Source: an uncultured Acidobacteriota bacterium (GTDB lineage Bacteria > Acidobacteriota > JAQAZP01). Taken from it: a stretch of DNA of 64,000 bases. The stretch lies in assembly GCA_963836075.1 (NCBI GenBank), contig CAWIIB010000009.1, positions 3,330,442 through 3,394,441 on the forward strand, read 5' to 3'. Positions 10,826 to 18,678 of this stretch are shown here, one piece after another. Within the stretch, counting starts at the first letter, position 1. Each line of letters opens with the position of its first letter. Under the pieces are notes generated by a model, which had not been told where the DNA came from, searched no databases, and saw nothing but the letters and a program-made list of their open reading frames with translations. The position numbers and the translations under genes were made by a program.

Positions 10826-12106
10826 ATGACGCTCAAGTCATTTCTCGGCCTGGTGGATGAACGTTCCCTGCTGACAAGGGTCTCCCGGCCGGTGGATGTG
10901 CGTTACGAGCTGGCCGCGGTGGCCGGCCGTCTGGGTGAGAAACCGGTTCTGTTCAGCCAGGTAAAAGGCCATGACATGCCGGTGGCGGCCAATGTCTGTG
11001 CCAGCCGGGAACTGGTCTGTCTGGGCCTGGGTGTCTCCGCCGGCAACCTGGTGCCGCGGATGATCGAGGCCATCGACCACCCCCGGGAGCCGGAGGTGGT
11101 GCAGGCCGAGGGATACGAGGAGCGTGCGGCAGACCTCTCGGCGCTGCCGATCCTGACCTACTACCCGCGGGACGGGGGCCCCTATATCGCCTCCGGCATC
11201 ATTTTCTGCCAGGACCGGGAACTGGGTCTCAACGCCTCCTACCACCGGGCCATGGTCATCGGCGAGGACCGGCTGGCGCTGCGGATCCTGCCCCGCCACC
11301 TGCACCAGTACATGGAGCGGGGCCTCACCGAGTTCGCCTTCTGCATCGGCAACACCATCCCGGTGCTGGTGGGTGCGGCCATGTCGGTGGAACTGGACAA
11401 GAGTGAGCTGGCCATTGCCAACGCCCTGCAGCACACGGAGGCGGTGAAACTGGAGGGCCATCTGATCCCGCAGAGCGAGCTGGTGCTGATCTGCGAGTTC
11501 ACCGGTGAGCAGGCTGACGAGGGGCCGTTCCTCGACCTCACCGAGACCTTTGACATCGTGCGCAAGCAGCCGGTGGCCCGGGTGAAAAAGGTGTTCGCCC
11601 GGCCCGATTCGGTCTATCATGCCCTGCTCCCCGGCGGTCCGGAGCACAAGATCCTGATGGGCATGCCGCGGGAGCCGACCATTTTCAGGGAGGTGTCCCG
11701 GTATTGTGACTGCCTGGATGTCCGGATCACGCCTGGTGGCTGCTCCTGGCTCCACGCCGCGGTGAAAATCCGCAAGCAGGACGGTCTTGACGGCAGGCGG
11801 GCCATCGAGGCCGCCTTTGCCGGGCACAGTTCCATGAAGCATGTCTTCGTGGTGGACGAGGACATTGACATCGACGATCCGCATGCTCTGGAGTGGGCTC
11901 TGGCCACCCGTTTCCAGGGGGACCGGGACCTGGTGGTGCGGCCCGGGGAAAAGGGCTCCTCGCTGGACCCGTCGGCCGATCCGGAGACCCGGGAGACCAC
12001 CAAACTCGGTTTTGACCTGACCATCCCCGCCGGGGGGGCGCCGGAGAAGTTCCTGCGTCCCGAGCCCCCGGTGAAAGTGGACCTCGAGGACTACCTGGAG
12101 AACTGA
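10826..12106 (+). CDS. UbiD-family decarboxylase; candidate trans-anhydromevalonate 5-phosphate decarboxylase
   Basis: ~426 aa, RBS AAGGAGGA; UbiD-like length and sequence character; clustered with AcnX-like pair and isopentenyl phosphate kinase. Confidence 0.65.
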   Translation: MTLKSFLGLVDERSLLTRVSRPVDVRYELAAVAGRLGEKPVLFSQVKGHDMPVAANVCASRELVCLGLGVSAGNLVPRMIEAIDHPREPEVVQAEGYEERAADLSALPILTYYPRDGGPYIASGIIFCQDRELGLNASYHRAMVIGEDRLALRILPRHLHQYMERGLTEFAFCIGNTIPVLVGAAMSVELDKSELAIANALQHTEAVKLEGHLIPQSELVLICEFTGEQADEGPFLDLTETFDIVRKQPVARVKKVFARPDSVYHALLPGGPEHKILMGMPREPTIFREVSRYCDCLDVRITPGGCSWLHAAVKIRKQDGLDGRRAIEAAFAGHSSMKHVFVVDEDIDIDDPHALEWALATRFQGDRDLVVRPGEKGSSLDPSADPETRETTKLGFDLTIPAGGAPEKFLRPEPPVKVDLEDYLEN

Positions 12107-12113
12107 CCGAACC

Positions 12114-13301
12114 ATGGAACTGAGCAGGGAACAGCAGCGGCTGCTGGACGGCGAGCAGGGAGAGGTGACCTCCCGCCTGATGCGCCTGCTGGTCAGCCTG
12201 GGTGAGATCTTCGGGGCCCGGCGGATGGTGGATGTGGGCTCGACCCAGGTGTCCGGCGTGTCGTACAAATCGATCGGCGAGCCGGGGCTGGAGTTCCTTG
12301 AGGACCTGGCCCGGGAGGGCGTGCAGGTGAGAGTGCCCACCAGCCTCAACCCGGCCGGCATGGACCTCCAGGGCTGGCGGGAACTGGGTATCCCCGAAGC
12401 CTTTGCCGTGAAACAGCAGCGGATCATGGCCGCCTTTGGCGCCATGGGGATCACCGCGCCGCCCACCTGCACCCCCTACCTCATCGGCAGCGTCCCCCAA
12501 CCCGGCGAGCACGTGGCCTGGGCCGAGAGCTCGGCGGTGATCTTTGTCAACTCGGTGCTGGGGGCGCGGACCAACCGCGAGGGCGGCCCGTCGGCCCTGG
12601 CCGCGGCGGTCTGCGGCTGCACCCCCTGCTACGGCCTGCACCTCGACGAAAACCGGCGGCCCACGGTGCTGGTGGAGGTGGACGCCCGTCTCGAATCCAA
12701 CGCCGACTACGGCGCCCTGGGCTACTGCCTGGGCCGCAAGGTGCGCGGGGCCATCCCCTTCATCACCGGGATCGAAGCGGCCGGCAGGGACAACCTCAAG
12801 TCGTTCGGCGCGGCCATGGCGGCCAGCGGAGCGGTGGCCCTGTACCACGCTCGGGGGGTGACTCCCGAGGCGCCGGAGATGCCCACCGCCGGCCTGGAGC
12901 GGATCAAGGTGGGGCAGGGCGAGCTGGACACGCTGGCCGCCGGTCTCGATGCCGGGGAGACCCCCGACCTGGTGGTCACCGGCTGTCCCCACGCCTCGCT
13001 GGAGGAGGTGGCCGCGGTGGCCGGGCAGGTCCGCGGACGGACGCTCCGTGTGCCGGTCTGGGTCTGCACCTCCCGGGTGATCAAGGAGCGGGCGGAGAGC
13101 GAGGGCTACCTGGCCCGGATCGAGGCCGCCGGCGGACGTATCGTGGCCGACACCTGTATGGTGGTCTCACCGCTGGAGGAGCTGGACTACGGGGTCACCT
13201 CGGTGGACTCGGGCAAGGCAGCCAACTACCTCCCCGGGTTCTGCCGGCAGAAGGTGAACTTCCGCGACCTTCACGACATCATCGAGGAGGTGCTGGAATG
13301 A
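12114..13301 (+). CDS. aconitase X catalytic subunit-like (DUF521); candidate phosphomevalonate dehydratase large subunit
   Basis: ~395 aa; start 8 nt after UbiD-like stop; ATGA overlap with following small-subunit gene. Confidence 0.6.
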   Translation: MELSREQQRLLDGEQGEVTSRLMRLLVSLGEIFGARRMVDVGSTQVSGVSYKSIGEPGLEFLEDLAREGVQVRVPTSLNPAGMDLQGWRELGIPEAFAVKQQRIMAAFGAMGITAPPTCTPYLIGSVPQPGEHVAWAESSAVIFVNSVLGARTNREGGPSALAAAVCGCTPCYGLHLDENRRPTVLVEVDARLESNADYGALGYCLGRKVRGAIPFITGIEAAGRDNLKSFGAAMAASGAVALYHARGVTPEAPEMPTAGLERIKVGQGELDTLAAGLDAGETPDLVVTGCPHASLEEVAAVAGQVRGRTLRVPVWVCTSRVIKERAESEGYLARIEAAGGRIVADTCMVVSPLEELDYGVTSVDSGKAANYLPGFCRQKVNFRDLHDIIEEVLE

Positions 13302-13681
13302 AGGGCCGGACCATCATGACCGGCAGGGCTGAAGGCCGGGCGCTGGTTTCGCGGACGCCGATCAGTTTCTACGGCGGGGTTGACGCCAAAACCGGGATGA
13401 TCATCGAGCAGGGGCACGAACTGGAGGGGCAGTGTCTCAGCGGCACGATCCTCGTCTTCCCCTGCGGCAAGGGCTCCACCGTGGGCTCCTACGTGATCTA
13501 CGGCCTGCAGAAGAACGGCGTGGCCCCGCTGGCCATCGTCAACGAGGAGACGGAGACCATCATCGCCACCGGCGCCATCCTCGCCGGGATTCCCTGTGTG
13601 GACGGGGTCGACATCAGCGGCATCAGCAGCGGCGACAGACTGCGGGTGGACGGCGCCGCCGGCCTGGTGGAAAAGGACTGA
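13298..13681 (+). CDS. aconitase X swivel subunit-like (DUF126); candidate phosphomevalonate dehydratase small subunit
   Basis: ~127 aa, translationally coupled to the preceding gene; ...LVFPCGKGSTVGSYVIYGL... Confidence 0.55.
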   Translation: MKGRTIMTGRAEGRALVSRTPISFYGGVDAKTGMIIEQGHELEGQCLSGTILVFPCGKGSTVGSYVIYGLQKNGVAPLAIVNEETETIIATGAILAGIPCVDGVDISGISSGDRLRVDGAAGLVEKD

Positions 13682-13688
13682 ACCGGAG

Positions 13689-14471
13689 ATGGGACAGCAA
13701 CTGGTTTTCGTCAAGCTGGGCGGGTCGCTGATCACCGACAAGACGAAGCCGTACACCGCCAGGCCTGAAGTGATCGCCCGGGCGGCGTCCGAGATTCACC
13801 GGGCGCGGAACAAGGCCGGTCTGGCCCTGCTGGTGGGCCACGGCGGCGGCAGCTTCCCCCATGTCAGCGCCGCAAAGTACCGGATTCACAAGGGAGCCTC
13901 CGATGCCCGGGGCTGGGAGGGTTTTGCCAGGGTGCAGGCCGATGCGGCGCGACTGAACCGCATGGTTGTTTCGGCGCTGCTGGAAGCCGGGGAACCGGCC
14001 ATCTCCGTCCAGCCTTCGGCGGCCTGCCTGGCCCGGGACCGCCGTCTGGAGCGCTGGGATGGCCAGGCGCTGGAGCAGTGCCTGGCCCGGGGCCTGGTGC
14101 CGGTACCTTACGGCGATGTCTGTTTTGACGAGGCCCGGGGCTGCTGCATCCTCTCCACCGAGGAGATCTTCCGCTTTCTCGCTCCGCGGCTCCGACCTGC
14201 GCGGATCATCATGGCCGGCAAGACCGACGGCGTGCTGGACGAGGAGGGGAACACCGTCCCCGAGCTCACCCCCGCGGACCTCGGTCGAATGAAGAGTGCA
14301 CTCTCCGCCTCGGACGGCGTGGCCGACGTCACCGGCGGCATGGTGCACAAGGTGGAGAGGGCCCTGGAGACCGGTGTGGCCACCCTGATCATCAACGGCC
14401 TGCGGCCCGGGGAACTGGAGAAGGCCCTCCTCGGCCGCCCGGTGGCCGGCACGCTGGTCACCCGCGGCTGA
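13689..14471 (+). CDS. isopentenyl phosphate kinase (amino-acid kinase family)
   Basis: N-terminal MGQQLVFVKLGGSLITDK nucleotide-binding motif; ...VGHGGGSF...; ~260 aa. Confidence 0.7.
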   Translation: MGQQLVFVKLGGSLITDKTKPYTARPEVIARAASEIHRARNKAGLALLVGHGGGSFPHVSAAKYRIHKGASDARGWEGFARVQADAARLNRMVVSALLEAGEPAISVQPSAACLARDRRLERWDGQALEQCLARGLVPVPYGDVCFDEARGCCILSTEEIFRFLAPRLRPARIIMAGKTDGVLDEEGNTVPELTPADLGRMKSALSASDGVADVTGGMVHKVERALETGVATLIINGLRPGELEKALLGRPVAGTLVTRG

Positions 14472-14481
14472 CAGCGCAGGA

Positions 14482-15549
14482 TCACTGCGGCCGCAACTCC
14501 TCGATGACCGACGCGTCCACCCAGTAGACGTCCGAGTTTCCGTTGCGCGGCTGGCCGTGACTCTGCAGGAACTCCTTGTAGCTCCGGCCGCCGTCCGTGG
14601 AGTCCTTTTCCGTCCCCCGGTTGGAGGCGAAGAAGAGATACCTGCCGTCGGGGGACAGGCTGGCCGAAACCACCCGGTTCCCCGGGGTGTTGAACTTCTC
14701 ACCCATGTTCAGCGGACCGGTCCAGCTGTCGTCCTCGGCGCGGAACGAGATGTAGTAGTCGGCCAGCCCGATGGCGTCCTCCCGGCCGGCCATGCCGTAG
14801 ATGAGGAAACGCTCGTCCGGATCGATGAAGGCGTTGAACTGGGTGTCTCCGGCGTTCACTTCGGCCGGCAGGGCCACCGCCGCCAGATACGCCCCGTCCA
14901 CCATCCTGGAGCGGAAGATCAGGTTCCGCGTCTTCCCCTCTTCTTCCACATCGCGGGTGAAGTAGATATTTCCCTCCCTGGTGGTGGAGGGGAAGAACTC
15001 CGCCGCCTCGCTGTTCACCGGCGGTCCGAGGTTGTAGGGTTCGCTCCAGCCGTCGGCGGTGCGGTCCATGGCCCAGATGTCCTGGTCGTGCCACCCGGGT
15101 GTCGGTTCGGTGCCGTCTCCGGGCCGGGTGGAGAGGAAGAGAAACCGTGAGCCGTCCGGTGTGATGTGCGGTTCGAGGTCGTAGATCGCCGGGTGGCTGG
15201 AAAAGCCGGCGATCTCCGGCTCGGTCCACCTGCCGTCCACCTGGCGGCTGACCACCAGCGCCACCTGGTTGCGGGCCATCAGGCCGAAGTAGAGCTCCTT
15301 GCCGTCCGGAGTGATGACCACGTCCCGTTCGTAGAGACCGGTGGAGAGGATCCCCGGGGCAAAGAGCTGCGGTTCCAGGCCCGGGGGCTCCTGCCCCAGG
15401 TAGTCCCCCTCCAGAACGGGGAAGGCCGTGGGACAGCATGCGCTGTCCGCGTTGACGGCGTCCTCCGAGGCCGGGGGTGAACCGCAGTGCCATGCTGAAA
15501 GCCCGAGCACCAGGATCAGGGAAACAGTGCGGTAAATCCGTGCATTCAT
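14482..15549 (-). CDS. secreted PD40/WD40-like beta-propeller repeat protein (TolB-like)
   Basis: Signal peptide; repeated ...ITPDGKELYF..., ...ITPDGSRFLFLS..., ...SPDGRYLFFASNR... units. Confidence 0.65.
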   Translation of the reverse strand: MNARIYRTVSLILVLGLSAWHCGSPPASEDAVNADSACCPTAFPVLEGDYLGQEPPGLEPQLFAPGILSTGLYERDVVITPDGKELYFGLMARNQVALVVSRQVDGRWTEPEIAGFSSHPAIYDLEPHITPDGSRFLFLSTRPGDGTEPTPGWHDQDIWAMDRTADGWSEPYNLGPPVNSEAAEFFPSTTREGNIYFTRDVEEEGKTRNLIFRSRMVDGAYLAAVALPAEVNAGDTQFNAFIDPDERFLIYGMAGREDAIGLADYYISFRAEDDSWTGPLNMGEKFNTPGNRVVSASLSPDGRYLFFASNRGTEKDSTDGGRSYKEFLQSHGQPRNGNSDVYWVDASVIEELRPQ

Positions 15550-15662
15550 GATGACCTCTAAGCGTTGTGGAGATCGTTGCTGATGGACAAACGCGTACGG
15601 CCCCGCGCCGCACGTTTCTTGCTAGCAACTATACAACGGGTTGGCCGGGCGTGCCCTTTTTG

Positions 15663-16562
15663 TCAGCCGATAAAGATGCCGATGGCCATCAGAATCGGCG
15701 TGGCAATCACAATGATCACGTTGCGGCCCAGGAAGGGCACCAGCTCGGGTATGGATGTGGCGTACCTGGCCGCGCCTCGAGCCGTTGGGATGGCGAGGAG
15801 CAGTGTGCCCAGACCCAGCAGGGCGAAGGGTGGAAGTTGCCGGAGGACCACACCGAGGACGATGGAGAGATAGGCCAGGGCGAGGAACGTGATGTAGACC
15901 CGGACCGCGGCCGGGACGCCCCAGGCGATGGGCAGGTGGTGCCGGCCCACTTCACGATCGGCATCTACATCGGGGAACTGGTTGATCAGCAACAGGTTGC
16001 TGACCAGGAAAAAGGGGACCAGCGAGGCGATGAATGAGGGCCAGTTGTAAGTCCCGGTGAGGGCGAAGTGTGTGCCCATCACCATCAGCGGCCCGAAGCC
16101 GAGACCCGGGGCGATGAGGCAGATCAGGGGGCTGCGGGTGATCCAGCGGGTGTAGAGGACGATGACCAGCAGGCCCAGCAGACCGAGGGGAATGATCCCC
16201 CAGCCGCGGAGGATGGTGAAATAGACGCCCACCGATACGGTGAACAAAGCCGAGGCCACCCCGGTGAGCAGGGCCACGTGGGCCTGCCCCGGGTTGCCGG
16301 GCAGGGCGCCGCTGCCGCCGCTGAACGGCGTGCGCTCGGTCTTCATGTCGAGGCCGGTGCGAAAGTCGTCGAACTCGTTCAGGGCGTTTACGCTGATGTG
16401 TGCCGCCACGGCACCGGCGAGGGCCATAATCACCGGCAGCGGTGAGATGGAGGCGCCGCTCCAGACCGCGGTGGCCACGCCCGCCAGCACGCAGGCCGGG
16501 GTGAGGATCAGAAAAGGCAGGCGCATCGGCCCGAACAGGGGGCTGGGAGCGGCGTCGGTCAT
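15663..16562 (-). CDS. UbiA-family prenyltransferase (integral membrane)
   Basis: Multi-pass hydrophobic profile; Asp-rich motif ...NALNEFDDFRTGLD... and second ...DVDADRE... typical of UbiA/MenA/DGGGPS-type enzymes. Confidence 0.7.
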   Translation of the reverse strand: MTDAAPSPLFGPMRLPFLILTPACVLAGVATAVWSGASISPLPVIMALAGAVAAHISVNALNEFDDFRTGLDMKTERTPFSGGSGALPGNPGQAHVALLTGVASALFTVSVGVYFTILRGWGIIPLGLLGLLVIVLYTRWITRSPLICLIAPGLGFGPLMVMGTHFALTGTYNWPSFIASLVPFFLVSNLLLINQFPDVDADREVGRHHLPIAWGVPAAVRVYITFLALAYLSIVLGVVLRQLPPFALLGLGTLLLAIPTARGAARYATSIPELVPFLGRNVIIVIATPILMAIGIFIG

Positions 16563-16639
16563 CGGCGGCCTCCGGATTGATGTATCAAACGTATCTTTCG
16601 TTCGCCACGTCAGATGATAACAAAAATGGTGACCGTCAC

Positions 16640-17110
16640 CTATTTCCTCAGCATGTCACCGGTGGCGAGGAAGTGGTTCAGCGCCTTCTCGTCTACAGCC
16701 ACCATGGCGGCGAAGGCGTCCCGGGAAACACCGGCCAGCTCTCCGCCGTCGATGGCGGTGACCACCTGGCGCCACCGGGCTGTGGTGCCGCCGGAGCCGT
16801 CGTCCTCCAGCCGGATGGTGTAGCGGATGACCCGGCGGCGGTTCATCCGGACGAATTCGATCTCGACCGGCGGCTGGTGACGGCTGATCAACCAGATGTC
16901 CCGCTCGCCGCTCTGCGGGTCGGTGGTGGCGAACAGGCAGTCCTGCTCCGCCAGCCCGGACCGGGTGTGAATCATGCCGCACACCCAGCCCTCCAGCCAC
17001 TCGCCCTCCCGCACCGGGCAGAGCAGGGGAAACACCACTGCCGGCGGGGCCGCGAGATTCTGCAGCGCTTCAAGTTCCACCCGGGCCGCTTTCACCGGTT
17101 CATACATCAC
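16640..17110 (-). CDS. hypothetical protein
   Basis: 156-aa ORF with no motif I recognise. Confidence 0.4.
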   Translation of the reverse strand: MMYEPVKAARVELEALQNLAAPPAVVFPLLCPVREGEWLEGWVCGMIHTRSGLAEQDCLFATTDPQSGERDIWLISRHQPPVEIEFVRMNRRRVIRYTIRLEDDGSGGTTARWRQVVTAIDGGELAGVSRDAFAAMVAVDEKALNHFLATGDMLRK

Positions 17111-17289
17111 TCTCCTCCTGACCTGTCTGATGGCTCCTCAAAGAGCCCCTCGATGCGGATCTAACTCTATACAGGGATTGCCGTATCCGGATCAAGTCAT
17201 TTGCCGGTGAACAGAAATGGAGTTGAGCCGTTCCATCTGCTGATGTACTGTTAGCGATTCCCGTGGGGGACCGTGGAGCGACCCGACCG

Positions 17290-18648
17290 ATGACCAGCCC
17301 CTTTGCCAGACCGCACAAGGATGACCTCCGGGCCATGCTGCGCCTGGCCCTGCCGGTGGTGATCAGCCAGTTGGGGATGATGCTGATGGGAGTGGTGGAC
17401 ACGGTGATGGTGGGCCACTACTCGGCCACCGATCTGGCCGCGGTGGCCCTGGGCAACCTCTACTTCGTCTCGGTCTACGCCTTCGGCCTCGGTGTGCTGA
17501 TGTCCCTCGACCCGCTGGTTTCCCAGGCGGTGGGCAGCGGTGACCGCACAGCGGTGGTGCGGGCGGTGCAGCGGGGACTGCTGATCGCTTTCGGGCTCAG
17601 CGTTCCGCTCACCGCTGCCCTCTGGCCCGGGGAGCTGGTTTTCATTTTCCTCCGCCAGCCGGAGGAGATCATCCCTGTGGCCGCGTCCTACGCCCGGATC
17701 TGCATCCCCGGGCTGCTGCCGTTTCTCGCCTTTATCGTGCTCAAGCAGACCCTGCAGGCGATGCAGAAGGTGCGGCCGGTGGTGCTGGTGATCTTTGCCG
17801 CCAACCTGCTCAACGTTCTGCTCAACTGGCTGCTGATCTTTGGCGGGATGGGCCTGGAGCCCATGGGTGCGCTGGGTTCGGCCTGGGCCTCCACCGCCAG
17901 CCGCTGGTTTCTGGCCCTGAGCCTCTTTTTCCTGGCCCGGGACCAGCTGGGCCCCCTTCTCCGGCGTCTCGACCCGGTGGTGCTGCAGACCCGGCCGCTG
18001 TGGCGGATGTTTGTCCTCGGTGTGCCCATCGGGATCCAGCACTGCATCGAGTTCGGCGCCTTTGCTACCATCGCCCTCTTCATGGGCTGGATGGGGGCCG
18101 TGCCCCTGGCCGCTCACCAGGTGGCGCTCTACCTCGCCGCGCTGTCGTTCATGGTCCCGCTGGGGGTATCGGCGGCCGCCGCGGTTCACGTGGGCAACGC
18201 CATCGGCCGGAGAGACCAGGCCGGGGCCCGGAGAGCCGCTTCTGCCGCCCTGATCTGCGGCGGTGGCTTCATGGTCTTCACCGCGGTGATTTTCCTCACC
18301 ATCCCCGGCCCGCTGGCTTCTGTCTTCACGAATTCAGGAGAGGTGGTTGCCGTGGCCCTGGTGCTGATCCCCATTGCCGGGTTCTTTCAGATTTTCGATG
18401 GGCTGCAGGTGGTGGCCGGCGGCATTCTCCGCGGCATGGGGGATACCCGCGCGCCGATGGTGCTCAATGTCCTCGGTTTCTGGCTTGCCGGCGTCCCGGT
18501 GAGCCTCTGGCTGGGTTTCAAGCTGAATATGGGCCCGCCCGGGCTGTGGTACGGCTTCGTGGCCGGCCTGGGGGCTGTGGCCGTTCTGTTGTTGATCCGG
18601 GTTTCCTCGAAGCTGAGGCAGCCGGTGGCCCGGCTGCTCATCGACTGA
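17290..18648 (+). CDS. MATE family multidrug/toxin efflux transporter
   Basis: 12-TM-like hydrophobic pattern; N-terminal ...LRLALPVVISQLGMMLMGVVDTVMVGH... typical of MATE; ATG at 17290 in frame with GTG at 17263. Confidence 0.8.
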   Translation: MTSPFARPHKDDLRAMLRLALPVVISQLGMMLMGVVDTVMVGHYSATDLAAVALGNLYFVSVYAFGLGVLMSLDPLVSQAVGSGDRTAVVRAVQRGLLIAFGLSVPLTAALWPGELVFIFLRQPEEIIPVAASYARICIPGLLPFLAFIVLKQTLQAMQKVRPVVLVIFAANLLNVLLNWLLIFGGMGLEPMGALGSAWASTASRWFLALSLFFLARDQLGPLLRRLDPVVLQTRPLWRMFVLGVPIGIQHCIEFGAFATIALFMGWMGAVPLAAHQVALYLAALSFMVPLGVSAAAAVHVGNAIGRRDQAGARRAASAALICGGGFMVFTAVIFLTIPGPLASVFTNSGEVVAVALVLIPIAGFFQIFDGLQVVAGGILRGMGDTRAPMVLNVLGFWLAGVPVSLWLGFKLNMGPPGLWYGFVAGLGAVAVLLLIRVSSKLRQPVARLLID

Positions 18649-18678
18649 CGCCACCCGGGTCATCTGTCCGGATTGCAA

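Noticed and set aside
10838-12992. Long minus-strand ORFs (544 and 421 aa) antisense to the UbiD-like and AcnX-like genes
   Set aside because: No recognisable motifs, Arg/Pro/Gly-rich; the opposite strand carries coherent, coupled pathway genes.
14699-15628. 309-aa minus-strand ORF overlapping the PD40 gene in another frame
   Set aside because: Arg/Gly/Pro-rich with no motifs; the PD40 frame has signal peptide and repeat structure.
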